Assembly: GCA_044376115.1 (NCBI GenBank)
Contig: JBILLK010000008.1
Location: forward strand, 224,001 to 288,000
Direction: 5' to 3'
DNA from: Polyangiaceae bacterium
GTDB taxonomy: Bacteria > Myxococcota_A > Polyangia > Polyangiales > Polyangiaceae
Length of the DNA stretch: 64,000 bases
Made by a program: the position numbers and the translations under genes. Shown piece by piece: positions 48,187 to 58,515 of this stretch. Position 1 is the first letter of the stretch. The number at the start of each line of letters is the position of its first letter. The notes beneath the pieces were generated by a model. That model was not told the origin of the DNA. It made no database searches and saw only the letters and a program-made list of their open reading frames with translations.

Positions 48187-48434
48187 AACGGGTCGCGGTA
48201 AATGGCCTTCTCGATGCGTTCCAAGAAGGGCTGGCGCAGCTCGGCGAGGGTAAGTTTTGGCTGGATCCGGGAGACATCAAGAGCCGCGATGGGCTTCTGA
48301 ATTCGGCCCGTTATTGTGACTTCAGCCAGCGTGATGACCCCGCGACCCTCTTTGGGCTGCGCCGAGGCGACAGCAGGGAAAACTAGGGCTAAGGCCGCGA
48401 TAGCAAACGAGACACGACGGGTGGTTAGCTTCAT
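48183..48434 (-). CDS. small secreted GltF/CglF-like protein
   Basis: Signal peptide; ITLAEVTITGRIQKP...FLERIEKAI; lies between GltE-like and GltG-like genes. Confidence 0.7.
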   Translation of the reverse strand: MKLTTRRVSFAIAALALVFPAVASAQPKEGRGVITLAEVTITGRIQKPIAALDVSRIQPKLTLAELRQPFLERIEKAIYRDPF

Positions 48435-48439
48435 GGCCC

Positions 48440-49810
48440 TCACTCCTTGGGTTCGGTGGCTGGTTGTTTCTCTTCCGCTGGCTTGGCTTCAGCCGGAGCT
48501 GGAGAGGCCGGTGGTGGCGTGGGTTGTGCGGCAGCGGCCGCCGCTTCGAGCTCACCCCGTTTGAGCTTTACTCGGTTGAGCAACTCATCGGAATCATCGC
48601 TGGTTCCTGAAGGCCGAAGCTCCTGGTACTTGGTGAACGAGGCTTTAGCAGCGTCGATCTGTTGCATCGGCGTGAAGCCCGGAACGGACGCCGAGAATAG
48701 GTACAAAAGCCCAAGGTTGTAATGCACCTGGGGCAGTGATGCGTCGCGCTTGACCACGTAGTCAAAGCGCGTCTTCGCCTCGGCCGGTTTTCCCTCGAGG
48801 CGGTAACAATCCCCGAGCAATAGTTGCGCGAGCACGTTCTCGTTGTCGAAGCGCAAGGCACCCTCGATCACGGGGCGAGCCTTGGCCGAGTCACCCGCTT
48901 GGAGATAGTAGGTGGCAAGTTGAACGCGAGCCTCAACCAGATCCGGCCGAACGCGGAGCGCGTTCTCCATCTCGCTGATCGACTTCGCACGAAGGCCCTG
49001 CTCCTTGAAGATCAACCCGCGGATCAACAACGCTTCAGCGTTGTCCTTGTCTCGTGGGGGGTTGTCTGAGTCGAAGCCGTCCAATATGCCTTGCAGCGCG
49101 TAGAGCGCCAGATCGAGCTTGCGAGCCCGGTAGTAGTCACGTGCGATCACCACCATCGCCGGTTTGAAGTCGGGGTTGATCTTGAGCGCCTCAGAGGCGA
49201 GCGATTGTGCTGAGCCTGTGTCCTTGGCCAAGGACTTCGTCTCCGCTAGCGCGGTCAGAACGGCGGCCGACTTGGGCAGCTCATTCTTCTTCTGCGTGAG
49301 GAAGGAATCCGCTTCACTCAATTGGCCTTTCCGCGCCTTGAGCATGGCGTAGGCGACGATGGCGGGCTCGTAGTCCTTCTGAAGCGTAAACGCCTGCTTG
49401 TAGCTGGCGGAGGCCGATTCATCCTTGAGCCGCTCCTGCACGACGCCCAACGAGTAGAACGCCTGGTAGGCGCTCGAGTCGGCTTGCGTAGCTTGAATGA
49501 ACTGCGACTTTGCGGTCGCGAGATCTCCGGCGACAAAGGCCTGCATCCCTTGCTGGTAAAGCCCCAGCGCCGTATCGCTCATCTTCGGGCGGTTTTCCCC
49601 GATGCCCGCGCCAGAGCCGGCATCAGGAACGCTCCACTGCTGACCCGGTTGGGGCGTTCCCGAGAGGTCGCCAGAGCCAACCACTCCGCCCCCAGCGACG
49701 GGAACTTGAACCACCTCCTCGGTGCCAGAGCAGCCGACGGCAAGCACGAAGGCGCTCGCCCCGAAGAAGACGCCAACCCGACGAGAACCCGACATAAAGA
49801 TTGAGCCCAT
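48440..49810 (-). CDS. TPR lipoprotein, GltE/AglT-like
   Basis: AVGC lipobox; multiple TPRs (AFYSLGV, ARDYYRARKLDLA, VHYNLGLLY). Confidence 0.8.
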   Translation of the reverse strand: MGSIFMSGSRRVGVFFGASAFVLAVGCSGTEEVVQVPVAGGGVVGSGDLSGTPQPGQQWSVPDAGSGAGIGENRPKMSDTALGLYQQGMQAFVAGDLATAKSQFIQATQADSSAYQAFYSLGVVQERLKDESASASYKQAFTLQKDYEPAIVAYAMLKARKGQLSEADSFLTQKKNELPKSAAVLTALAETKSLAKDTGSAQSLASEALKINPDFKPAMVVIARDYYRARKLDLALYALQGILDGFDSDNPPRDKDNAEALLIRGLIFKEQGLRAKSISEMENALRVRPDLVEARVQLATYYLQAGDSAKARPVIEGALRFDNENVLAQLLLGDCYRLEGKPAEAKTRFDYVVKRDASLPQVHYNLGLLYLFSASVPGFTPMQQIDAAKASFTKYQELRPSGTSDDSDELLNRVKLKRGELEAAAAAAQPTPPPASPAPAEAKPAEEKQPATEPKE

Positions 49811-49821
49811 TTCAAGTCCTC

Positions 49822-52800
49822 TTATGGTCTAGCAGGCAAGGGCGCCGGAAGCCCGTCCGGGGCAGGCTCGGAGGTGAGGCCAGGACGAGTACGGAGGAAA
49901 ATGTTGTCCTCGTACACGAAGGCCGCCTTGGTATCCGGCTCAACAACGCCTTGGCAGTAGTCACGCATCTTCGGGTTCCCGAGGATGTCGGTGAAGAAGG
50001 CCAAACGACGAATCGCGCTGTCGACGGCCTCATTGCGAACGCGGTAGCTGCGGGCCCACAAGGTCGACTCAGCGTAGAAACGCACCATCGCCTTGTCGGC
50101 CTCCTCGAGTGAACGCTCGCGAGCCGAACGCCACTGTTCCCGACGATTCTGCCGAATCGCGTCGGCCTGCTCTTGCAGCTGCTCGTTGTCGCTGGTCTCG
50201 GCCTTCTTGAGAAGGTCCTCCTCTTTTGGCGTGTACAACTTCACGGCTGGCGGAGTTGCGTTGTAGAGGCCCGTGCGTACGGAGTCGTAGAGGCTCCCCT
50301 GTCGGGCGCGCGCGGCGACGCTCCACTTCGGCGACGCATACGTCTCAATCACCGTCTGCAGCTTGGGAAACCAGGTGTCGTTCGCCTCTTTGAGATCCTT
50401 GTCGAAGGCGATCTTCACCTTGTCGATCACGCCAGCGTAACGATGGTGGTTGGTGTCGTAGTCCCACTTGTCTTTGAGTTGGTCGTCGATCTGGAGGTAG
50501 GCGCACTCAGCGGCCATGTCGGCCTCCTCTGAACCAACCACCTTCGTCTCGGCGTCTGCGTTCGCCTTGAACGAGTCGAACGCCTTCATTGTGTTGGCGC
50601 ACCAATCCTTGGCTTTGCCGTCTTTGCCCACGCGATGCATCTTGGCAGCGGCGTAGGCAGCTCGAACCAAGTACGGCGCCGCTTCACGGGTCGACTTGTT
50701 CTTCTGATAATAGCCTTCCATCGCATTGGTTGCCTTGAGCCGGGCACTGCGATTGTTGGCGTCATCGGCACCGCCTTCGTCCCAGCGCTTTAGGTCGGCC
50801 GTTGCGACGAGGTAGTCGATCTCCATCTTCTGCTTCGTGCTCGGGTTGAGCGAGTAGAGGGTCTGCCGAGCTGCGAGCAGCTTCTCGTCTTCGCCCATGT
50901 TGGCGTAGAGCACGACCGCGTTGGTCGCAGCCGTTCGCCGGTCCGCCTCGGGGAAGCGCTTGATTCGACTGATCGTGTCGAACGTGCCTGCACCCGACTT
51001 GTAGTTGAAGAAGAGAACGTAAGCTTTACTCAGCTCGGTGTAGGCGACCTTGAGGTTGGTGATCCGCTTCTCGTACTCCACCGGATCTTTTGCTACGGGC
51101 GGGCTTGCCTTCGGATCGCCGTTCTCTAAGCGAGAGACACGCTCATCGTTGCCGTACTCCTTGATGAAGAGCTCGTACATCGCGATCGCCGAGTCGTACT
51201 CACCGACCTGCTTGAAGGCGTTGGCGCCGTAGATCGCCGCCTCGGGCGCTTCGTTTCGCTCGGGAGCCTTCTCGAGGGCGGCCTTGTAGAGCGCCGCCGC
51301 CTTGCGCCACTGAGCGTCGCGCTCGGGGCCCGCAGGCATCTTCTCGGCGGCTTGATAGGCGCGGTACGCGTCGATGTAGTAACCCTTCGACACGACCTCC
51401 TTCGCGTTGTTCTGTTCGAGGACCTTCTGCTCCTCAGTAAGAGCGCACGACTTCGCCAAAGAGGCTTCTCCGAGGCGTCGCGTTTCGTCGATGTTGTTCT
51501 CGAAAGCAGCCATCGACTTGAGCCTGTCCCACGCCTTGTAGCCGTAGGGCGTGACACCGCATTGCTTTTCGTAGATGGGCGTGAAGCGCTTCTTGGCCTC
51601 GGCAAAATCGCCATACAAGAAGAAGAAGTTCGCGATGTCGAACTCGTAGGATGAAGCCTGCGTGACGGTCTGCCCTTCGAGATCGGCTTGGACGTCGCTC
51701 GCTGGCGGAACTCGCTGGATGTACTCTTCACGAGCCTTCATCACCGCTGCGACCGCAGGCGGGATGGGACTCTGCACGACCTTGACGGCGTCCGTGCCTT
51801 CACCCTCGAGCTTGACGCCGTCACGCTGCTCAATGCCCTCGGAGCCGCCCGAAGTCTTGAACCGGCGGTATTGGTCGAGCAGCTGCAGATAAGCGACGTC
51901 CACCACAAAGAACGCCGCTGGTTGCAGATACTTGTTGTCCTCGTTGCTGTCGCGCACGAGCGCGGCTGCATCTCGCGCAGAGGCAACCTGTTGCTCGGTG
52001 GGCGACTTCTCGGAGTTGACCGTCAACCAAACAATTTCGTGTTGTGCGTCAGCGAGCCAGAAGCGCGACTCATACGCGTCACCGGCGTTCTCATCCTGGG
52101 AGAGGTAGCCTTCCCAACCTTGCGCGGCGAGCTGGTACTCGCGAGCGGCTCGCTCGTAGAGCGCGATGCGCTCGCTCTTCTCGGTGCTGCGATTGCCTTC
52201 CTCCTTGAGCGCGCGACCGCCATTGGTATGGTCAGCAGCTGCGCGCCGAAGACCACCGCGAACCAGCTTCTCGGCAGTCTGAATCGCCTCCGGGTCGTTG
52301 ATGCAGGCCCGCGTCCAAGGCTTATTGGGGCCGACATAGTCAGCGAGTTTGGTGCGCGCCTCCAGCGCCTTCCGTGAGTACTCGGCGTAGTCAGCCGTGC
52401 CTTCACGAGACTGACGCATCATCGTGTCGTAGATCTCGGCGATCTGATTTTGAACGACCGGTGCGCCGCAATCGAGCGGCCACTTCGACAAGATGAGCTC
52501 ACTCACCTCAATCGTGTTGCGGTACTGGTTGAGCTCACGAAACTCTTGGCCCAGTGCCTTGTAGATTTCGACCGTCCACTTCTCCTTTTGAGGCACCAAT
52601 GCTTCGTCTTGGACGCGGTCGATCGCGATGTGCATCTTTTGCTCGGCCTTGCGGGGGTCGAGTTCGGTGTCGAGCACGTCATTGCGAGGAATGAAGGGCT
52701 CAGAAACGTCGGGCCCGTCAAAGTCGATGTAGGTGAGCGAACCGGCGATGTACGTGTACGCCTCGCCACGGAAGTCCGCGCCCGGGTCGCCCGTCAACTT

Positions 52801-54186
52801 CTCCTGCTCGTCGGCGTAGCGAAGCAATTCCACGAACTGCTGCACGCTTGCCTTGAACCGCTGCTGCTTGAAGTACGTCCAGGCGAGCTTGTACATCGCC
52901 ACCCCGTAAATCGGCGGCTTCTTGTAAAGCAGCGCATTGGAGTAAGCGGCTTGCGCGCGATTGAGGTTGAAGGGACCGCCCTCTCGCCCGAGTTCATTGA
53001 AGTGGTGATCTCCGATCAACCACCAAACCTCGGCTACGTAGCGGGGATCCTGGCCAGGAGCGACCTTTTGAGGCAGCGGTACGCAGGAACTCGGGAAGGG
53101 GTTCAGGAACTCCGTTTCATCCACGAGGTCGTCGGCGGCGGGCGCCTTCTTGCCCGGCTTTACCCCGCCGACCTTGCCGCCTTTCCCTTTGGTCTTGATG
53201 GGTTCAGGATGCCTTCGCTCCCACTCGTTCCAGTAGGTGTCGTCGTGATCCTGCTGCAGTGGCTTGACGATATCCTTGTTAGGATCTGCGGCGTCCGTCT
53301 CAACGGGATAGGGGTAGAGGTTGTGACAAGCGAGCGAACGCCAAACCTGTTGCGCTTCCGGGCGTCGTTGCGAGTCGTTGAGGGCGTGGCCGAGATAGTA
53401 GAAAACACCGGCCAACTCCCGGTACTTGGGGAACTCACGGATGATGCGCTTATAAAGAAGGATCGCGCGGTTCAACCGGTTGGCTAATTCCTGATCGTCA
53501 ATGTCCGTCTCATCCGCTCGGGCTTTTTCTTCGTAGAGTGCAGCCAGTCGGAACATCGCGTCGGGCGTGTTCTCTGGGTGAGCCTCAGCGCCGCTGTAGC
53601 GCTCGACGAAGATCTCAAGCCTACGAATCGCCTCCTCGCGGGCGTCGAGTAGACCTTGCTTCTCTACGCTGATTTCGCGGTCGAGCGACGAAAGCACCCT
53701 ACGTTTGCGGTCTTCGTAGTGGTGCTTGACGATGCGAGTAATCGTCGAGCGGTACTCTTTCGCCTGGGCCTGGTAGGTGTCGGCTTCCTTCTGGAGCTCC
53801 GCGAGGGCAGCGATCTGGTCCTCTGTTGGAGCTGGCGGACCGGGCACCTTCGGAGGCAGCGGCTTCGATGTGCTCGTTGTGGCGGGAGGTGCGCTGGTTG
53901 CGCTAGCAGAAGGGGCTGCGCTTGCAGCAGGGGCAGCGCTGGTTGCGCTCGAGGGAGCGGCTGACGCAGAAGAGCTAGCAGCGGCGCTTCCAGCCGGTTG
54001 TGCGTGGAGCGAGACGGGCCCCGACAAGGCCAGCGAGGCCAAGGTGCCAAGCCCCAGCACTGGGAACGCGAGTCGCTTAAGAATGACGCGCGCCATCAGC
54101 GAGCGACCAAAACGGGGATTGGTTGAATGCTGCATCTCGCTACCGCCCTCGACAGGGCGCTCCGAATCGTTCACCAAGCCACTCAT
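49822..54186 (-). CDS. very large TPR protein, GltD/AgmU-like
   Basis: TPDAMFRLAALYEE, AMYKLAWTYF, DFRGEAYTYIA, many TPRs; hydrophobic signal; start uncertain. Confidence 0.82.
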   Translation of the reverse strand: MSGLVNDSERPVEGGSEMQHSTNPRFGRSLMARVILKRLAFPVLGLGTLASLALSGPVSLHAQPAGSAAASSSASAAPSSATSAAPAASAAPSASATSAPPATTSTSKPLPPKVPGPPAPTEDQIAALAELQKEADTYQAQAKEYRSTITRIVKHHYEDRKRRVLSSLDREISVEKQGLLDAREEAIRRLEIFVERYSGAEAHPENTPDAMFRLAALYEEKARADETDIDDQELANRLNRAILLYKRIIREFPKYRELAGVFYYLGHALNDSQRRPEAQQVWRSLACHNLYPYPVETDAADPNKDIVKPLQQDHDDTYWNEWERRHPEPIKTKGKGGKVGGVKPGKKAPAADDLVDETEFLNPFPSSCVPLPQKVAPGQDPRYVAEVWWLIGDHHFNELGREGGPFNLNRAQAAYSNALLYKKPPIYGVAMYKLAWTYFKQQRFKASVQQFVELLRYADEQEKLTGDPGADFRGEAYTYIAGSLTYIDFDGPDVSEPFIPRNDVLDTELDPRKAEQKMHIAIDRVQDEALVPQKEKWTVEIYKALGQEFRELNQYRNTIEVSELILSKWPLDCGAPVVQNQIAEIYDTMMRQSREGTADYAEYSRKALEARTKLADYVGPNKPWTRACINDPEAIQTAEKLVRGGLRRAAADHTNGGRALKEEGNRSTEKSERIALYERAAREYQLAAQGWEGYLSQDENAGDAYESRFWLADAQHEIVWLTVNSEKSPTEQQVASARDAAALVRDSNEDNKYLQPAAFFVVDVAYLQLLDQYRRFKTSGGSEGIEQRDGVKLEGEGTDAVKVVQSPIPPAVAAVMKAREEYIQRVPPASDVQADLEGQTVTQASSYEFDIANFFFLYGDFAEAKKRFTPIYEKQCGVTPYGYKAWDRLKSMAAFENNIDETRRLGEASLAKSCALTEEQKVLEQNNAKEVVSKGYYIDAYRAYQAAEKMPAGPERDAQWRKAAALYKAALEKAPERNEAPEAAIYGANAFKQVGEYDSAIAMYELFIKEYGNDERVSRLENGDPKASPPVAKDPVEYEKRITNLKVAYTELSKAYVLFFNYKSGAGTFDTISRIKRFPEADRRTAATNAVVLYANMGEDEKLLAARQTLYSLNPSTKQKMEIDYLVATADLKRWDEGGADDANNRSARLKATNAMEGYYQKNKSTREAAPYLVRAAYAAAKMHRVGKDGKAKDWCANTMKAFDSFKANADAETKVVGSEEADMAAECAYLQIDDQLKDKWDYDTNHHRYAGVIDKVKIAFDKDLKEANDTWFPKLQTVIETYASPKWSVAARARQGSLYDSVRTGLYNATPPAVKLYTPKEEDLLKKAETSDNEQLQEQADAIRQNRREQWRSARERSLEEADKAMVRFYAESTLWARSYRVRNEAVDSAIRRLAFFTDILGNPKMRDYCQGVVEPDTKAAFVYEDNIFLRTRPGLTSEPAPDGLPAPLPARP

Positions 54187-56579
54187 TGGGGCTGCTCCTC
54201 GGCCGACTCACCGGCGTCATCGAGGACCTCATTTAGTTCTTCACGAAGGGTGCGCTCGGTTTGGGCGCGCTCCCTAAGGAGTGTGCGCACCCGCATCATT
54301 TGCTCCTCTCGCACTTCCCAAGCTTGCTGCGTGATGCCTACATCTGCACGAAGGACCATCAACTTCAGGCGGTCACGCACCAACCCGAAGTTCCGCAGCA
54401 TGACCTCGCCAACCAGCGTTCGAGCGGTGCCGTCGAGTTCATCCAAACGCACCTGGTAGCCCACGAGCGCGCGCGTCTCCTTGGCGACCTCATCGATGAC
54501 GCCCAACGTCTTCTGTTCAACCTCCGCCTCGATCGTCGACTTGACGGCGGAGACCTTGGCGTCGGTCTCGTCGGCTTGACCAAGGACCGGCAGAACCCGC
54601 TTCGAGTAGTTGGCTAGGTCTGCACCCCCTGCCCCACCAGCGAGCAGCTCAGCCTCTTTGCGCAGCAAGGCCGCGTAACGCCCGCGAACTTGTTCGTCCT
54701 CGATGAAACGTTGGTCGCCGAACCCTGCGGTCACACGCCCAGAACGGATCATCTTCCGCACCGCCTCAACTTGCTGACGGTAGAGCGCGATTTCTCCTTC
54801 CTCCTGCTTGATCTGGTTTTCCCAGGCAGCTACCGCGGCCGGGTCGCGCACTACACCAGCCGTACCGCCTTCGGAAATTACGCGCCGCAGGCCGTTGATG
54901 ATGGCTTGATTCTGGTCGATCTGCAGTTCGAGGCGTTGAACGCCCTGGCTTACGCGACTCCACTGACGCTCAGCCTCGACCTCGCGCGTCGAAAAATCGG
55001 AGTCGGTGGTGGGCAGCTTCTTGAGCCGCGCCTCGAGCGCCCTTCGCTCGGTTCGCACGGCCCCGACCTCGCCTCCGAGCGAATCGTCGTCCACGTCCTC
55101 AAGGCCTTCCGCGAGCGTCAGGCGAGCAAGCGCAGTGCGGTTCAGGAGCCCCAAACTGCGCTCAAGGCCCGACTTGAGCTCCGGGAACGCTCGCACACGC
55201 GCAGGGGAATTCAGCACCGCAGTCAGCCGCTCGACCATGTCGTTGCTTTGTGAGAGCAGGTCGCGACACTCCCCGACGTCGTCAACGATGCCGAATGCCG
55301 CCTCGCCGTCGTCAGCTTCACGCGCCCATTCCAATGCGATCGGAGGAAGACCGTTCGCATCTACGGCCTCGAACTCCTTCTTCACGAGCTTGTCGTAATA
55401 GGCGCCTGGGTCGTTGGTCGACGCTAGGAAGGCGTCCACCTTTTCGCGCATCGGCTGATAGGTAGCTTTGAAGCCTTCGTACGTCTCGAGCGCCTTGTCG
55501 AACTTGCCGGCACGCAGCATCAGGTCTCCTCGCAGGAGCGTGCCGTCGGCCATGTTCTGGCCCTTCGGATCCGCAACGGCGAGGACCTCGAGCGAGCGCA
55601 ATGCGCGGTCAACGTCTCCGAGTTTGACGTACACCCAGGCCAGCTCATAGAGCATGGTCCCAAACTCCGACGAGGTTCGGTCGATCTTGTTGTAGGCGGT
55701 GATGGCCTGCTGCAGCTGGTTGGTCTCGTAGAAGATGCGGCCCACCGCGAGCCACGCCTGATCGATCACCGCTCGATGGGCCTCCGTATCGCCCGGCATC
55801 TGAGTGACTTTGCTGAAAAGATCGACCGCTTGGGCGTAGCGCTCCTTGGGAACCGCGGGCGGATCTTCACCGTCTTCAAGTTTCACCGGGGCCGGCGTCG
55901 ACTCTTTGAGCGAGATCAGGGCGAGCAGAAACTGCGCTTGATGGGCATACTCGCCCTTGGGATCGACGGTGCCCAACGCCGACTTGGCTTGCAGGAAGTC
56001 TTTCTTCGCAAAAAGAGCTTTACCGCGCGCGTACGCAACCAGGCTTGTGGCCGAGGCCGGCGCCTTCTCAAGCGCCGCGATCACCTCCGTCAGCAGCTCG
56101 TCATCGCGCTTGCGCATCGCGATATCGACGAGACGAGCGAGCGACTTCGTCAGGTAGGGCGCGAACCGTGGCTCTCCGGCTTCACTGGTGATTTTTTGAA
56201 AGGCTCGTTTGGCCGACCAAAGCTGGTTGCTACGAAAGTAGACCTCACCAAGCAGCGCGAGCCCATCGGGGTAGGCCGTAGGATGATCTGGATGTTTCTC
56301 GATCAGCTGATTGAGAACGTTGGCTGCGCGGTCGTAGTCCTCCGACCCCATCAGCAACACAGCATCGGCGATTTGCTGCTCCGGACTCCGCTTCTGCTGA
56401 GCCCGCTGCACCTGCTGCTTGATTGAGTCGACACCTCCGTTGGCAGCCACGACCTGCTGCGAAGCCGATGAGAGTGCTTCCTCCGAATCGACTGCGTACG
56501 CGGAAGAGGGACCCAAGGCGGTGCCGAGGAGCAGTGCTCCCCCGACGACGCCGCACCTGAGGTTGAGTAAAACGCCCAT
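54183..56579 (-). CDS. TPR/coiled-coil secreted protein, GltC-like
   Basis: Signal peptide; AWLAVGRIFYE, Y.KIDRTS, LYELAWVY, LLRGDL; RADVGI...W C-terminus. Confidence 0.78.
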   Translation of the reverse strand: MGVLLNLRCGVVGGALLLGTALGPSSAYAVDSEEALSSASQQVVAANGGVDSIKQQVQRAQQKRSPEQQIADAVLLMGSEDYDRAANVLNQLIEKHPDHPTAYPDGLALLGEVYFRSNQLWSAKRAFQKITSEAGEPRFAPYLTKSLARLVDIAMRKRDDELLTEVIAALEKAPASATSLVAYARGKALFAKKDFLQAKSALGTVDPKGEYAHQAQFLLALISLKESTPAPVKLEDGEDPPAVPKERYAQAVDLFSKVTQMPGDTEAHRAVIDQAWLAVGRIFYETNQLQQAITAYNKIDRTSSEFGTMLYELAWVYVKLGDVDRALRSLEVLAVADPKGQNMADGTLLRGDLMLRAGKFDKALETYEGFKATYQPMREKVDAFLASTNDPGAYYDKLVKKEFEAVDANGLPPIALEWAREADDGEAAFGIVDDVGECRDLLSQSNDMVERLTAVLNSPARVRAFPELKSGLERSLGLLNRTALARLTLAEGLEDVDDDSLGGEVGAVRTERRALEARLKKLPTTDSDFSTREVEAERQWSRVSQGVQRLELQIDQNQAIINGLRRVISEGGTAGVVRDPAAVAAWENQIKQEEGEIALYRQQVEAVRKMIRSGRVTAGFGDQRFIEDEQVRGRYAALLRKEAELLAGGAGGADLANYSKRVLPVLGQADETDAKVSAVKSTIEAEVEQKTLGVIDEVAKETRALVGYQVRLDELDGTARTLVGEVMLRNFGLVRDRLKLMVLRADVGITQQAWEVREEQMMRVRTLLRERAQTERTLREELNEVLDDAGESAEEQPQ

Positions 56580-56669
56580 CACAAAGCTTCTCCGTTCACA
56601 GCCGGCGGGAGACCGGCAAAGGCCAGGCGCGTCTGCCAGCGGCAGTCTCGCGCGCTCATCTCTCACTCG

Positions 56670-57560
56670 TTACTGGGCGGGCGCTGGCGCCGGCTGAGGT
56701 TCAGCAGGCGCGGCGGCACCTTCGCTCGCGGTCGAGTCGGCGAGACCACTCACGATCTTCTCGACGTAGCGAACGGCAGGCCGCTCCTCGAGCGGGGTGG
56801 TAACCGAGCCCTTCTCATAGGCGAGCGCTTCGAGCGTTACCGTTTTGCCCTCGACGGCGGAGAACGAGTGGCTTGAGCGCACCTCGAACTTGTAGCCGCG
56901 AAGGTAGGAGAAGACGCCGTATCCGTTGCCTTGCAGGTTCACCAAGACCTGCAGCGTGTGGTCGCCCGGCGGAATCGACCCGTTGAAGATGGGGATTTCA
57001 TCCTGGTCCGAGAGAGCGCCCGATTGGTCGGTCTTGTTGTATTGAACGGCACCGTCGAGGACGAACAGTGCGCGAGTGATGCGGAAAGCATCCGACAGGT
57101 CGTTCTTGAAGCGAATGATGGCGCGCGACCCAGACCCGCCGCCCGACAGGATCGTGTCAGAGAGCAGCGAAAGCCGGGTGTGACTGCGACGAATCTGCTC
57201 CTTGAGCTCGTCGATCTTGCGCTCCAAGTCGCGCAGGCGAACGGCGTACGTCTGGCCGTCCATGGCGGGCGCCGTTGGGGGGACGGAAGGAGCTCCAGCC
57301 GCTGGCGGCGTGCCTGGGGCGGCTCCGCTGGGCACCGGTGGGGTCGCAACCGCCGGCGCCGTGCCAGTTGCGGCAGCTGCAGCGCTTGCGGACGGAGCGC
57401 CGGAGGCCGACGCCGCTGGCTTCGCGGCGCTCGCGGCGGAGGGAGCCGCCGACGCCGCGGGCTTCGCCGATCCCGTGGTGGTTGCGGGTTGGGCCACGGC
57501 AAGCGCCGTGATTCCGAAAGCAATACCCATCACACCCAGCAGACGCACGACTCTATTCAC
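56670..57560 (-). CDS. secreted protein: Ala/Pro linker, coiled coil, beta-sandwich; first gene of the Glt-like run
   Basis: GTG start after GAGG; LRDLERKIDELKEQIRRS; PPGDHTL...GNGYGVFSYLRGYKFEV. Confidence 0.75.
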   Translation of the reverse strand: MNRVVRLLGVMGIAFGITALAVAQPATTTGSAKPAASAAPSAASAAKPAASASGAPSASAAAAATGTAPAVATPPVPSGAAPGTPPAAGAPSVPPTAPAMDGQTYAVRLRDLERKIDELKEQIRRSHTRLSLLSDTILSGGGSGSRAIIRFKNDLSDAFRITRALFVLDGAVQYNKTDQSGALSDQDEIPIFNGSIPPGDHTLQVLVNLQGNGYGVFSYLRGYKFEVRSSHSFSAVEGKTVTLEALAYEKGSVTTPLEERPAVRYVEKIVSGLADSTASEGAAAPAEPQPAPAPAQ

Positions 57561-57894
57561 GAGGTACCTCGTTGCTTGCCCAAGCAAGGCCAATCAAAAA
57601 AAGCTCACGGAAGCGAGAGCCCTTGCAGTGTATGGGGCGCAACAGGACCTTGCAACGGGCATGGCCCGGTGCGGCAAGACTTCGCTGCCCCAAATTGACG
57701 CGGGTGGGCTAGTCTCCCGGCGCTTTGATCCCCTCAAGCCAAAGCGGCGCCACTTTTGGCTCAATTGGACGGGCTCGCTGTTACCAGCCCTGCTCCCGCC
57801 AAATTCGCCTTGGCTTTCTGGAGCTCCTCAGATCTTTCTGCCCGGTGGGCCGTCACATTTCGGGACCAACGGTTTTTGACGTGAAAGGGCCTCT

Positions 57895-58512
57895 GTGGCG
57901 CTGAAGCGAGACGCCGTCTCGGACGAAGCGCTGATGGGACGCTATCAAAGCGGAGACCGTGCTTCGTTTGCAATTTTGGTTGGGCGTCACAAGACGCCCG
58001 TTTTTAACTTCATCCTTCGGCAAATCCGTGTGGCACCTGTGGCCGAAGATCTCACCCAGGAAGTGTTCGTGCGCGTCGTGACTGGCGCCTCCGAATTTCG
58101 GCACTCGTCACGCTTCAGCACCTGGATCTACACGATTGCTCGAAACCTCTGCATCGACCAAATCAGGAAGGACCGGCTCCGCAGGCATCCTTCGCTCGAG
58201 CAACCGATGGGCACGGACACAGATGGCCCTTCGCTGGGTGATCGCATCGCAGACACGCACCCCACCCGCGAGGTGGATCGAGCAGCGATCGGGGGGGAGC
58301 TGTCGCAGCATATCCTCCACGCTCTCGAAGAGCTGCCAGAGGACCAACGTGAGGTCTTCTTGCTACGTGAGCATGCAAACATCCCGTTCAAGGACATCGC
58401 GAACATGCTTGGTGTGCCCGAAAACACCGTTAAAAGCAGAATGCGCTACGCTCTCGAGAGGCTGCAGAAGGCACTATCGGAGTACGAGGATTACGCCAAA
58501 ACACTGAAGTGA
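57895..58512 (+). CDS. ECF RNA polymerase sigma-70 factor
   Basis: SDEALM, AEDLTQEVF, FSTWIYTIARNLCID, LPEDQREVFLLR, IA.MLGVPENTVKSRMRYA. Confidence 0.95.
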   Translation: MALKRDAVSDEALMGRYQSGDRASFAILVGRHKTPVFNFILRQIRVAPVAEDLTQEVFVRVVTGASEFRHSSRFSTWIYTIARNLCIDQIRKDRLRRHPSLEQPMGTDTDGPSLGDRIADTHPTREVDRAAIGGELSQHILHALEELPEDQREVFLLREHANIPFKDIANMLGVPENTVKSRMRYALERLQKALSEYEDYAKTLK

Positions 58513-58515
58513 CCC

